The notes below the pieces were generated by a model. That model was not told where the DNA came from. It saw only the letters and a program-made list of their open reading frames with translations, and searched no databases. Both the position numbers and the translations under genes were made by a program. A stretch of 64,000 nucleotides of DNA from Octopus vulgaris (taxonomy: Eukaryota), in NCBI GenBank assembly GCA_951406725.2, contig OX597830.1:32984001-33048000 (forward strand), read 5' to 3'. Below, one piece after another: positions 40,571-54,500 of the stretch (positions within the stretch are counted from its first letter, which is position 1; each line of letters starts with the position of its first letter).

Positions 40571-42149
40571 ACTAATAGTGACTTAGCAAGCCAAAACTTC
40601 AAAATCCCTCTAACCACTTAATGTCCGTTTCGATATCAAGTTAATATATAAAAGCAATTTAACATTAAACTGAAGACTTATTCAATACTTTTTAGTAGAT
40701 TACAAGAAGAGATATGACAGTAACTTCGAAGTCACTGTCATCCTTTGTTGGACTGTATATTCTGTATTTCTGTTTGCTTTTAGGTTTCTGAATATGACAG
40801 GGCTTTGTTTTAATGATTATATTTTATTATACACTTCATATTGTAATTTTGTATGAATATATTCACAAACATCTAGTTCTCTTCTCATTAAATTGTGGTA
40901 ACCATTGCATATAATTAGATGTTAACTACAGCACAGTTTTCTGTCTCTCAGACAGAACATTTTGAGTTCCTTATAATTTTGGTATAATCTTTCAAATCAT
41001 TATATTATATACTATATGCATTTCAGTTTGGGAAAATTATCTTGTGTAGCCATTATAATTGACAATTTAACTAAACTATGCAATTCTATGAAGATGCTGC
41101 TTGTTCTAACTCTTGTATTTAGTTGTAATGCTTATGAGAAGTGATTGGTCTGTTTTCAATATTTATGAATCTCGGTATGTGATAGAAATTGCACTGCTAT
41201 GGTACTGGGGATAATAATTTACAATTTAGGATTTCTAGTTCCTGCAGCAATGTTGTTCCACAATTCTCATGTCATTTCATCACCTGCAGCTATTATTTCA
41301 TGGCACATTAAGTTCCTTAATTAAAAGGTTAATTATATTTTATCTAGAAAATTGGCTTCCTAAGAAAACTAATGCTCTTCAACGAATATTGAGAAGAACA
41401 CCTCTATTGAGTCTTAATGATTACTTCCATAATTGTAGAATTAATAAGATTAAGCTAGGCAAATATATTTAACTATTTCAACCCAAATGAGGACTCTTAA
41501 AGGTAGTAAATTCTATCTCTGCTACGTCATCTTCTTCCAGTACGTTTGACTTTCTTTGTTGTGTTTGCTTTGTTGTTTTCTTTTGTTGTAATTTTAATGT
41601 GTTAACAGTTGTATATGACATTCAACCTTTCATTTCATCATTTAGATGTTATGAATTTCTTTAGCCTCCTCTTTTCCACATATTACACCAAGTTAGTTTT
41701 TGGAGATTGTCTGTAAATTTGAATGATATATAAAATGGCTGTAAGACAAAACCCTCTACCATTGTCATCATCATCTTTGTCATCGTCAGTCATCATCATC
41801 ATTAACATCTACTGACTTCAAATCTTTTCCTGATTTAATTTTCATTTTTCAGTATGCGCAAGATATGTTCCACTGAGGTGACTTAGCTTTTCATCCTTCA
41901 GGATCGATAAAATGAGTGCCATTTGAGCTATGGGGTTGATATAATTAACCTACACCCTTCCCTGTAATTTGAACTGCCAGATGAGCTATGGGGTTGATAT
42001 AATCAACTTATACCCTCCCCCGAAATTTCTGGGGCCATATGCCAAAATTTGAAATCAATATTTGCATGAGACAAAAAGCAGGAGGCTGAACTGGATGCTA
42101 GAATTCCAGGTACTGGAACCGTAATGTACCAATTTTATTATTCAATTCT

Positions 42150-42540
42150 CATAGAATCTTCAGTTTAGTTTCTGTACCTGTCCTCACCTATAGTCATAAA
42201 TGTTGGGTAATGACCAAAAGAGTATGATTTCAAATGCGATTGGCTGGATTGGAATTCCTCCAAAGGATCTCTGGAGTAACATTACTACTCAACTGGGTGT
42301 GTAAATCATAGATCAAGAGATCTCTCCAGGGCAAGAGGCTACTTTACCACATTTAGAGATCACAGTTTCAGTACTATAGACACAGGGTCAGAATGCTGCA
42401 GGAAAGAATTACAAGATATATTCTTCAAATCGAGCCAAAGAACAGGAGACCTAGGGGTAGACCAAGAGTGAGATGTTTGGATTAATATCCACTTGATAAT
42501 CTGAGTGGATATTATCACACTTGAGAATCCAGCTGGAAAA
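42150..42540 (+). pseudogene. RTE-clade LINE reverse transcriptase C-terminal fragment
   Basis: Degenerate PVLTYSHKCWVMT..FLQRISGVTLL..RSQ..RM.QERI..RRPRGRPRVR motifs. Confidence 0.75.
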
Positions 42541-42754
42541 TTAAACAACCCTTTCTACTATGGCCTGAAATTGTGAGAAAGGAACTAGTTGATTACATCG
42601 ACCCAAGTTTTCACTGGTACTTAATTTATCAACCCCAAAAGGCTGAAAGACAAATATCATAATGTAATAATAATGAGTGATTCTGTTAGGACACCATGGA
42701 GGAGGCACTTAATGACTCTATCCCAAAAGATCCTCCCTTATAATAGTAGGTGGA

Positions 42755-43277
42755 GCACGTAAAAAACACCATTTGAGTGGGCCATTGCCAGTACTGCCTG
42801 ATTGGCCCTCTTGCCAGTGGCACATAAAAGCACCCACTACACTCTCGGAGTGGTTGGCATTAGGAAGGGCATCCAGCTGTAGAAACTCTGCTAAATCAGA
42901 TTGGAGCCTGGTGCAGCCATCTGGTTTGCCAGTCCTCAGTCAAATCGTCCAACCCATGCCAGCCTAGAAAGCAGACGTTAAACGATGATGATGATGATGA
43001 ATGTAATATCTAGTTATTTTAGATTTTACAGATGGTGATCTAAATTTGCTGTTTGTACATCTCAATGTACTTATTTTATGCTTGTTGTTCTAAATGTATT
43101 TATTATGTGAAAATGGGTGGCTATATGGTATGTAGCTTGCTTACCAACCACATGGTTCCGGGTTCATTCCCACTGCATGGCACCTTGGGCAAGTGCCTTC
43201 TGCTATAGCCTCGGGCTGGCCAAAACCTTGTGAGTAGATTTGGTAAGCGGAAACTGAAAGAAGGCCGTTGTATATAT

Positions 43278-43326
<49 letters not shown>

Positions 43327-43550
43327 GTGCATATATGTTTGTGTGTCTGTGTTTGTCTCCCCACCAACATTGCTTGACAATCAATACTGGTGTGTTTACG
43401 TCCTCGTAACTTAGTGGTTCAGCAAAAGAGACTGATAGAATAAGTACTAGGCTTCCAAAGAATAAGTCCTGGGGTCGATTTGCTCGACTAAAAGGTGGTG
43501 CTCCAGCATGGCTGTAGTCAAATGACTGAAACAAGTAAAAGAGTAAAGCA
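42755..43550 (+). mobile_element. Family R element (42755-42998) and full SINE A (43115-43550)
   Basis: Diagnostic bodies and tails. Confidence 0.85.
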
Positions 43551-44153
43551 AGAGTCTTGTTATTATTAAATTTCATCAGTGAAGTATAATCAGGTTCCTT
43601 CCTTGTTAATAGTCTTATAGCATCTTCCCTGTTCTGGTGGCCTGTTTTTATTTCCACTATGTAAGTGTGGTGTTAAAGACAGAATCTAAAAATAATACTC
43701 ATTCTAACTTTTACCTGAAGTGGACTGCCTTTGGGTGAAGACTGCGTGGCAATTAACTCATGACTACGGGGAAATATTACCTTGCTTAAAAACAGATGAG
43801 GGTTTGTAACAGCAAGAGCATCTGACTGTGAAAAAATTAAAAAAACAAAAAAAACCTGCCTTAATATATTACATCTGACCCTGCAAGTATAGAGAAGTGA
43901 ATACTGAACGATGAAGTGATGAAACCATCATCATCATCATCATCATCATCATTTGGTGTCTGCTTTCCATGCTGGCATTGGTCAGACGGTTTGACAGAAA
44001 TAGGCAAGCTGGAGAACTGCACCAAGTTCCTGTCTGATTTGGCATGGTTTCTATGGCTGGATGCACCTTCCTAATGCCAACCATTTCAAGAGTGTAATGG
44101 GTGCTTTTTACATATCATCGGCATATAATTGACTATATGTACATATTTATATG

Positions 44154-44213
<60 letters not shown>

Positions 44214-44333
44214 TCCCGGGTTGAGTCGGGGTTAACCACAGTAAATAAGGTACTCAATACATAGCAGAGTAAATTAATTTATTTTATAGAAAGAGATTCT
44301 ACAGGACTAGAACTGTTTCATTCAAATGAAATC

Positions 44334-44382
44334 GCTTCCTGATGATTTCATTTGAATGAAACAGTTCTAGTCCTGTAGAAGC
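44334..44382 (+). ncRNA. Type-I hammerhead ribozyme motif with canonical core
   Basis: gcuuc CUGAUGA u-uuc-auuu-gaa-u GAAA cag-uucuaguc-cug UA gaagc; 5-bp stem I, looped stem III, GUA triplet, predicted cleavage after 44377. Confidence 0.7.
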
Positions 44383-44392
44383 TCCTTCTATG

Positions 44393-44479
<87 letters not shown>

Positions 44480-45038
44480 TAGATATATATATACACACAC
44501 ACACATAATAGACTTCTTTCAGTTTCTCTGTACTACATCCACTCACAAGGCTTTGGTTGATTTTGTGTTGTAGTAAAAGACACTTAGTCAAGGAACCAAG
44601 GAGCAGCACAGAACCTAAATAATATGTTTTGTCAATCATTTTAGTTTTTTGCTCAAATTTCATTTCAAAATGCCTTATTTACCAAGTATTGGAAAAGTAA
44701 CAATACAGGTTGCATTCAACCATAATTACTAAACCGATTAATTAGTGTTTCCAACACATTTACCGGTCTACCAACTAGACCTTCTTTAAGTTTAGCGAGA
44801 AGAATTTATATGGGTTAGAGTAGCGTTTCTCAACTGGGTTTCCTGGAACCCTAAGCTTCTGCAAAAGGCTCCCAGGGATTCTATGAGAAAGACTGAGATA
44901 AGCTAATGCTAATTTCATGATCATAATATTAATATACATGCACAACATATTTTGGTTATTGTAATATAGACATCATCCTGTATATATGTGACCGTGTGTG
45001 TATCAGCGATTTTCTTTTTCTGTCTTTCCTTTTTCTAT

Positions 45039-45073
45039 GTTTCTGATGAAGAGCTCTGCTCAAAACATTAAAT
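45039..45073 (+). ncRNA. Decayed minimal hammerhead motif
   Basis: guuu CUGAUGA a gagc-ucu-gcuc AAAA ca UU aaau; G12 lost, consistent with CpG decay relative to the 48431 copy. Confidence 0.45.
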
Positions 45074-45166
45074 CCTTCTTCTTTCTTTATTTTCCTGAGC
45101 ATCCAATAACACTATACTTGCTCCATGCCCTCGCGTTGTTGTGTTTTCTCTTTGTTCAGGTTTGGA

Positions 45167-45297
<131 letters not shown>

Positions 45298-45426
45298 CAG
45301 ACAGAGAGAGAGAGATTCAGATGAATATGGTACTTAAGTTGAGGTACCAGAATTTAGTATGGTTTTATCTACACAATTTCAAAATAAGGTTAAAATCAAA
45401 ATAAGCAACAAGGATATCCAGAGGTA

Positions 45427-45515
45427 ATACAGTACGATTGTTTCATGCAACTCCATTTAATTGAGCAATGCAACCATTACATCAATTCAAAATGTAGAAC
45501 AATCTTCAGCTGCAC
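45427..45515 (-). ncRNA. Type-I hammerhead motif with extended stem II
   Basis: Minus: gugcag CUGAAGA uug..(~50 nt)..cau GAAA caaucg UA cuguau; 6-bp stem I including 2 GU pairs; stem III one change from the palindrome ACGAUCGU. Confidence 0.55.
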
Positions 45516-46079
45516 AAAGACATAGAATTTAATTCAATTAGAACAGATGGACACACACACATATGATATTTAACACATGAACTACAATGAAAAAATATGA
45601 GAAAGATATGGTATATAAATTTTTGTGCTGGGGTTCCTTGAGTCATGTAATTTATTTTGAGGGTTAAACAAGGGTAAAAAGGTTGAGAAATACTGGGTTA
45701 GAGAAATCAATGCTCCCATGTACATTGGCTAAATGTTATTGCTAATTCAGCTGTCTACTTTAGGAAACATATAAGGAAAGGATCGCATTACTGATATTTT
45801 ATGTCGATCTGGAACAAAATGTGTAAAAAGTAATTTGAATTCTCAAAGATATATTCTCTCCCTTGGAAGATAAATAAAGGAATTGGCCAACAGAGGAAGG
45901 AAGTAGGATTTAAAAAAAAAAAGCTGTAATTATAACTATCAAACAAAGTAAATTTGAATACAGCATGAAACTTTAGAATGTGAAATTTATATTCTTAAGA
46001 ATGAAAAAGAAAAATAACCATAGGGAAAGAAACAAACTAAGGTCCATGTGTGTTGTGTGTAACTGTGTATATGTGTGCA

Positions 46080-46111
<32 letters not shown>

Positions 46112-46230
46112 TGTGTGTGTTTGTGCATGTATCTAAGTGCGTGAGTGAGAGTATGAGTTTGTATGTATGTATGTATGGAGGTAGGTAAGTATGTATGTAT
46201 GTATGTATGTATGCATGTATGTATGTATGT

Positions 46231-46292
<62 letters not shown>

Positions 46293-46376
46293 TGATATAC
46301 ATATATATTTTTATGTGTTTATATATATATACATCTATCTATCTTTCTAACTCTCTCTCTCTCTCTCTTTGTAAAT

Positions 46377-46467
<91 letters not shown>

Positions 46468-47493
46468 CACACCCAACACACACACATACATATATATCAC
46501 ACACACACACACACATATACACATACTTGTATGTAAATTTGATATATATACATATGCATGTATGTATATGTCTATTCTCATGTTAATTTTCTGCTTACCT
46601 AATGTCTCAATAAGGTGACACTGACTAAATAAATGGTAGATAATTACCAATGAACCCAGTATAGGACCGTGCAGAGAATAAATTAACTGTATCTTCAATT
46701 AGTTTATTTAGCTTCTAATACTGATATTCCTTTCTTGGAATTAGAATTGTGCCATTAACTTCTATTATTACCCTTTTTTTTTGTGTTTTTATTTTCCTTT
46801 AAATTCTGATCTATTTTTGTCTCTTTTATTGATTGTTTCTTTGTTTTTAGTTTTTGAAAAGCGCTGTGTGTATGTCATAATTACTGACTTCAAATCCATA
46901 CTATAGTCCAGCTAACTCATTAGGTCTGGCAATTGCCGTCACCTCAGTGTGAACTTGGTTATATGAACCCTCATTTGAGGCTTTAGTCATAACAGCCATG
47001 AATACATAACCATACAGAATGCATACTTTTATAGGCATATTAATTTCAAAATAAGAGTACTATGGGTGATCGTAGCCACTTTTAATGTTTTCATTAGCAC
47101 ATTTTGGTTGGAATATATTACTTTTGTTTCAATTAATCTTTCAAAAATAACAAAGAATTTAGTAAGATAACTCTGTTGAGGTTAAACTGGTGTTTAGGAC
47201 ATAAATTAACATGTAATTCCGCTGAAAAGTTTTTAGACGATTTTAAAGCTGAAAGTTTGTGTCACAGAACAAAGGTGGTCTCCAACTGATTAGTATCTAA
47301 TGGGTTAATAGTGTTATTTGTGGTTGTGTGGTAAGAAGCTCTTGGTTTTAGGTTCAGCCCCACTGCATGGCACATTGGGTAAGTGTCTTCTGTTATAATC
47401 TCAGGTTGACCATAACATCAAGTGTGGATTTGGTAGATGCAAACTGAAAGAAGCCCATCATCTATCTATATATATCTATCTATATAGATAGAT

Positions 47494-47785
47494 GTGGAGG
47501 CGCAATGGCCCAGTGGTTAGGGCAGCGGACTCGTGGTTGGAGGATTGCGGTTTCGATTCCCAGATCGGGCTTTGTGAGTGTTTATTGAGCGAAAACACCT
47601 AAAGCTCCACGAGGCTCCGGCAGGGGTTGGTGGCGAACCCTGCTGTACTCTTTCGCCACAACTTTCTCTCACTCTTTCTTCTGTTGGCCTGCTCGCTTAG
47701 CCAGCGGGGTGGCGTCATTTGAAGGCTAAAACATTGCGAAGCGCATTGTGACCAGCGATGTGTAGCAACATCTGATAGCCTGGTT
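47494..47785 (+). mobile_element. Well-preserved tRNA-derived SINE family T
   Basis: tggcccagtggttagggc A box, ggtttcgattccc B box; preceded by a SINE A 5' half at 47318-47460. Confidence 0.85.
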
Positions 47786-47904
47786 GGAGAAAAAAGAAAA
47801 AAGAAAAGGAGAATATAGATAGATAGAATAAGTAAATGAGGGGAAACTGAACTGGTGGGTGTGTTAAATAATAAGGCACTAAAAGAAAATGACTCCCCCT
47901 AGAT

Positions 47905-47946
<42 letters not shown>

Positions 47947-47982
47947 GAAGGTTTGAAAATGCAATTTTGAAGATGTTTATTC

Positions 47983-48024
47983 ACTTGACCAGTTTCACCT
48001 TTTTAGAAAAAGGTTGTCAAAAGT
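47983..48024 (-). ncRNA. Hammerhead motif with compensatory U3-A8 core
   Basis: Minus: acuu UUGACAA ccuuuu-ucua-aaaagg u GAAA cugg UC aagu; GUC triplet. Confidence 0.55.
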
Positions 48025-48430
48025 AAAATGTAAAGCTTTGTATAAGCTTTGTTGTGTTAAGTACTGGTTGTCACAAAAGTATTAAAATGCATATATACAT
48101 TCTTTGATAATAATAAGAAAATGTTAAAAACAGTTTTCAAGAAAGTATTTAAGAAAATATTCAACAAAAAAGTTTTAGGTGTTCAATATAAATCATGTTT
48201 GTATGGTAGTATATATATATGTATATATATATATATATATATACACAGAAGGAAATATATTTAAGAATTTACAAAAAATTGGAGAAAAACCAACCTGTCT
48301 TTTTGGCATTTTTTCTGTTTTGTATATGTATATATACATGTATGTGTGTGTGTGTATGTATGATCTCGTGTGTACCGTTGGCGATTTTATTTCCTCCGAT
48401 TTCCCTTCTCTGGATATTTCCTTCTCCTAT

Positions 48431-48465
48431 GTTTCCGACGAAGAGCTCCGCTCGAAACGTTAAAC
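48431..48465 (+). ncRNA. Minimal hammerhead motif, CCGACGA core
   Basis: guuu CCGACGA a gagc-ucc-gcuc GAAA cg UU aaac; all stems intact. Confidence 0.6.
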
Positions 48466-48814
48466 CCTCCTTCTTTCCTTCTTTCCTTCTTTCCTGAGCG
48501 TCCAATAATACTTTACTTGTTCCACATCCTCACATGTTTTTTGGTGCTTTCTTGTTTGGACTACCTTTATATATATATATACTACATTCATAGCCACCTA
48601 CATGTCTGTCTACTTATCTATCTATATTTATTTATTCATTTATCACTTTTCTCTCTTTTATTCGTTTCATTCATTGTACCGCAGCCATGCTGGAGCACCA
48701 TCTTGAAAGTGGGGCTGAATCTTACATGTGGAACTTCTACCATGAAACTTGTTTACCGATGACAGAATTGAGAAGCCAAGAGTATCATAGTCATCTTTCA
48801 AACACACACATACA

Positions 48815-48852
<38 letters not shown>

Positions 48853-49177
48853 GCACATACACACATAATACTAATGTACAAATAATTTGGGTTGGATTTG
48901 ACAAAAAATTAATAATGCATCCATATTGTTTGAATTTTGCTCAATTATTCTTCACATCAATTAAGAAAGGTTAACTTTTATATCTTTTAAATATTCCAAT
49001 TAGCATTTTCATTTCTTATTCATAATTCTGTATTAAAATTGCTATGCTCTTGATCATTTTACATTTCATTTATATTTAAAAGAATATTATAATGATAAAA
49101 TTAAAACTAATAATTTGTCCTAGCGAATTTTCACCAATTTCAGGTGAAAAATGTTGGTCGCAAATATGAATTAGATG

Positions 49178-49257
<80 letters not shown>

Positions 49258-49451
49258 ACACACATACACACACACACGTACATACATATGTGTATACACA
49301 TATGTTTACATTCACATGCACACATATATTTACTTATACATAATTATACACACACATACACATATATTATTGTATACAAAAGAATGCATACATATTTATG
49401 TATACATATACATGTATGTATGGAGGTAGGTAAGTATGTATGTATGTATGT

Positions 49452-49505
<54 letters not shown>

Positions 49506-49727
49506 TGATATACATATATATTTTTATGTGTTTATGGATACCATATAAATACCATATAAATATGAATATAACACAATTACAAAGATACATGCATACACAC
49601 GGATATATGTATGTGTATATATATATATATATATATATTTGTATGAATCTATTTATATATATGTATACATTACATATGCATATACATAGGTTTATATATA
49701 AAATATGAATATATGTATGTGTATGTA

Positions 49728-49772
<45 letters not shown>

Positions 49773-49810
49773 GTATTTATTTATATATATATATCCATTA
49801 CATATGTATG

Positions 49811-49862
<52 letters not shown>

Positions 49863-51104
49863 GATAGAGAGAGAGAGAGAGATAAATGCATACATACATA
49901 CATACATACACACATACATATATACATATATACATACATACAAATAACTATCTATATATATATATATAAATGCATGTGTGTGTATGTGTGTGTAAATATA
50001 TGCATAGTTTACATCATAGCCTGTAATGTATCAATTATTAAATATATTGTGTGATAACATGTGAAATTCAATATTTGTAAGCATGAGATCAACACGAAAA
50101 GAATTATTGTATAAAGTATTTATGCTTTATGAAACGACCATGAGGTTTCTGCTCTGCATCACCTGATGATTGGCAGCAATAAAACCCCAAATTCTAATAG
50201 TTTTAATGCCGATCTTTGTTCTCTATTATTGTTTTCAAGTTTCAGCCCGAAATTTCCTCCACATTTGCACTAAATATGTTTACATATATTAAATTTATTA
50301 CATATATGTCTGTGTTTGTACATCTATATTGAATTTAACCCATACAAACAGCGAAACTTATGATATTACTACCACTGCTGGCATTCAGTGTGTTTATTAT
50401 ATGTGTGCTTTTGTGCGGGTGTATATGTGTTTGTATAACTAATGCAATAATTTAAAATTTCATAAATAAAATAATAAATAAGGAAACAACAAGGAGAAAG
50501 GTTTTATTTAACAAAGTTTCAATATTAGAAGCTTTATTTCATGTTTTGAATTATACATTCAAATATGAAAAATTTTCATTTCGTCACAATGATGCTTATC
50601 TTGTACCAAATAAATTTCAAAACACAGTTTTAGTAATTTTGAACTTGCCTTTTCAATTCATAACCACTTCCTTGTGAGTAATAAAGTATTTGTACAATGT
50701 AAAGTTTTTTTACTTGGCTTAGTTCCAAACATGATTGGAGAGAAACCATTTATGAATTGCTTACATAAATGTTGTTAAACTAACTCCCAAATATGTACAG
50801 AATATCACATTCTAGAGAAAAAAAAAAAAAGGACAAAACTGAAAATGTTTCAACTTATTAAAAAGATTTTAACTTTGTAATTTGATGAATGAGTTTGAAA
50901 AAGTTTTCAGGAATGGAAGTTTATTAGTTGGATGCTAAATTTAGATTATTAAATTCAAGTTTTATTTCAAATGATTTACTTGCTCTGTAATGAATTCTTT
51001 AGTTCACGGGTTAAAATTAATATTACATTGTGTCTATGTTGAAAAGTTCTACATTTAATTTCCTTCCCTCCTACCTTGCTAGAAGACCATTATGAATATG
51101 TTGG

Positions 51105-52160
51105 CACAGGCATGGCTGTATGGTAAGAATTTTGTTTCCTAACCGCATGGTTTCAGGTTCAGTCCCATTGCATGGCAACTTGGGCAAAAATCTTCTACTA
51201 TAGCCAAAGCCCTGTGAGTGGGATAGAGAAAGAGAAACTGAAAGAAGCCTGATGTATATGTATGTGTGTATGTGTGTGTATCTGCGTCCCCTACCCATCA
51301 CCACCACCACCACCACCACTTGACAGCCTGTGTTGGTGTGTTTATATCTATGTCTCCACAACTTAGCAGTTTGGCAAAGGGATCGATAGAATAAGCACCA
51401 GGCTAAAGCAAAACATCAAATACTGGGGTTGATTTGTTTGACTATAATCCTCGAAGGTAGTGCTCCAGCATGATCACAATTTAATGACAGAAACAAATAA
51501 AAGAGCATGAAGTTCTAAAAAACAATTCTTTCAAATTCTAATTCTTAACTGATAATTATTTTAACGAGCACCAACTGATAATGGCCATTGCCAGCCTCCT
51601 CTGGCCCCTGTGCTGGTGGCACATAAAAAGTACCCACTACACTTACGGAGTGGTTGACATTAGGAAGGGCATCCAGCTATAGAAACACTACCAGAACAGA
51701 CTGGAGCCTGGTGCAGTCTCCTGGCTTCTCAGACCCTGGTCGAACCATCCAATCCATGGTAGCATGGAAAACGGACATTAAACGATGATGATGATGATGA
51801 TGATGACCCCAAGATGAGGAAGAGTAAAGTTAATTTCAGCAGAATTTGAACTCACAACATAAAAAGCCTGAAAACTGATGCCAGGCATTTTATCTGCCAT
51901 GCTTATGATTCCGCAAGATCAACCCTTTTGTGAAGTTTTAAATAACAAAGCTATCAAATTCACACATGTAGGAGCTTATGGCTAGTGACCAGGAGTACAT
52001 GGTTAAAACGCTTTTAAGAAATAGCAAAATTTCATGGCATCTCTCACATTAAGACTATTTTGCTGTGTTTTAAATTAAGTACCAGTGAAACACTAGGGTC
52101 GATGTAATCAACTTGTCCCCTCCCCACAAATTTGAGGCATTGTGCCTCCAGTAGAAAAGA
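51105..52160. mobile_element. Cluster: SINE A (+, 51105-51505), family R (+, 51570-51805), SINE M fragments
   Basis: Diagnostic bodies of each family. Confidence 0.7.
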
Positions 52161-52552
52161 TATAATGTAAGAGAGATAATTTAATATGTCTTTCTCATTT
52201 TTAAGACAGTAGAGTTGTAATTTGAAGGAGATTTGACAGTTATTTCTAGCAAGTTGAGTGACTGCATGGAAGATCTCCTATAATCTGCTGCATTCCAGAC
52301 CTCATGTACAATTTGTATTCAATACTGGTGTCAAAAGGCTAAAAGAACATATCGTAAGATAATTCAACTGGAATGCTTTTTGTTGGGGTCCAGATACAAG
52401 AGGGCATTCTCCTTTCTAATTACTAATGCTATGCTTGCAGAGGGAGTTGCATTTGGTACTCAGAGTGTTTACATAACTCTTGTTGAGTTTATATAAGCAT
52501 TTTGTTCAGCCCATGCAAAGCATGGAAAAATGGATGTGAAGGATGCTGATGA

Positions 52553-52587
<35 letters not shown>

Positions 52588-52665
52588 AACACACATGATC
52601 ATAATCATCATTAACATCAACATCATCATAATTGCTATTATTGCATAATGTCTACTTCTGTATGA

Positions 52666-52708
<43 letters not shown>

Positions 52709-52971
52709 CCTGTCATATATGCATCTATATATATATATAAAATAAAGGGTAAAATTAATTAATTAATTATTAATAACTTTGCCAAGTAGTTCGGTATGTT
52801 AAAAGAACCATTATTGGTAAACTTATACATAAAATTTTATAATTATGAGTATAATTATAATTAGGGTTCAGCAAAAATTTGCTTCACCACATACCGAAAT
52901 TTAGAAATAGTTAAAACTAACTATTTCACTACTATAAGAAAATCTTCCACTCATAATTATAAAATTTTATA

Positions 52972-53059
<88 letters not shown>

Positions 53060-53064
53060 AGCCA

Positions 53065-53327
53065 TTATTTACACTATTTACTTTTGATGGATATTTCTCC
53101 TCATCTTGTTTGTTGTTTACACAATGTTTCGGCTGATATACCCTCCAGCCTTCATCAGGTGTTTTGGGATAATTTCGAACCTAGGTTCTCATTCCTAAGG
53201 CATTTTTCAATGTTGTTGTTGTTGTTGTTATTATTATTATTGTTGTTGTTGTTCAGGTCACTGCTTGGAATCAAACTCGAAATCGTGGGGTTAGTAGCCC
53301 ATGCTCTTAACCACTATGCCATATGCC
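53065..53327 (-). mobile_element. Second copy of the tRNA-headed hammerhead element
   Basis: Same head, triplet linker and body as 39849-40102; ends next to a long (TA)n. Confidence 0.8.
53119..53162 (-). ncRNA. Minimal type-I hammerhead motif
   Basis: Minus: acac CUGAUGA a ggcug-gaggguauau-cagcc GAAA ca UU gugu. Confidence 0.65.
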
Positions 53328-53384
53328 AGTGCTCTCTTAACCACTATGCCATTGGCTTCAACCAAAGCCTCCAGATGATTTTGG

Positions 53385-53628
53385 AATCTTCTGCAATTTG
53401 TGTTACAAAGAGTTTTGTTGATCTGCCACTCAACTGCACCCCACACATGATAACCAAGGGGGTTGCAGGCTGGGGAGTCAGGTGGCCAGATGTCAGGGGT
53501 GATGTGGCTGCAGAAATTGTCTGAAAGTCATGACTGGGTCCTCCTGACTGTGTGGCATGGTGCAGAGTCCTTTTGCAAGACACAGGGTCTTCCAGCAGCC
53601 ACACCCTTGACCCAGGGCAGCACTACCT
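53385..53628 (-). pseudogene. DD37D/maT-type transposase catalytic-domain fragment
   Basis: VVLPWVKGVAAGRPCVLQKDSAPCHT..TQS*LSDNF..IWPPDSPACNPLGYHVWGAVE. Confidence 0.85.
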
Positions 53629-53723
53629 AAATCTAAATCAGCACTAAATCTGCTCTTGTTTGTTAGACATATGCTTTATATAAAGATACTTAGCCAATAC
53701 TTCTGAAGGGCAGTTTACTCATT

Positions 53724-53770
<47 letters not shown>

Positions 53771-54021
53771 CAAACTGAGGAAAGGAGTCCCTCCAAAGTG
53801 GTGTGTTAAACATTCAATTCACTGGTACTTCAGTTGAATACCATATAAATATAGATATAACACAATTACAAAGATAAATTAAACAGTGAGATATTATTTG
53901 ACAAGACAATAATTTATATTATAATATTACATAATATACTATGAATTTAATATAACATAATATTACATAACATAAACAATTATTTCAAAAACCAAATAGG
54001 CCAACAAATTGTTTCGACTTA

Positions 54022-54422
54022 TACTCTTTTACTCTTTTACTTGTTTCAGTCATTTGACTGCGACCATGCTGGAGCATCTCCTTTAGTCGAGCAAATCATC
54101 CCCGGGACTTATTCTTTGTAAGCTTAGTACTCATTGTATCAGTCTCTTTTGCCGAACCGCTAAGTTACGGGGACGTAAACACACCAGCATCGATTGTCAA
54201 GCGATGTTGGGGGAACAAACACAGACACACAAACACACACACACATATATATACATATATATGATGGGCTTCTTTCAGTTTCCGTCTACCAAATCCACTC
54301 ACAAGACTTTGGTCGGCCCGAGGCTATAGTAGAAGACACTTGCCCAAGTTGCCATGCAGTGGGACTGAACCCGGAACCATGTGATTAGTAAGCAAACTAC
54401 TTACCACATAGCCACTCCTGCA
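54022..54422 (-). mobile_element. Full-length SINE A
   Basis: Reverse match along the whole length. Confidence 0.9.
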
Positions 54423-54455
54423 CCATATTTATTTTTCTGTGCCATATTTATACTT

Positions 54456-54500
<45 letters not shown>

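Noticed and set aside
47494-47570. tRNA-like sequences (also ~40030-40102 and 34080-34150)
   Set aside because: Imperfect cloverleaves that continue into repeat bodies; these are SINE heads, not tRNA genes.
50155-50210. ctgatga ttg-gcag-caa t aaaac as another hammerhead
   Set aside because: GAAA is absent and stems I and III are unconvincing; at best a relic. The same applies to ~54541-54754 and ~9928-9955.
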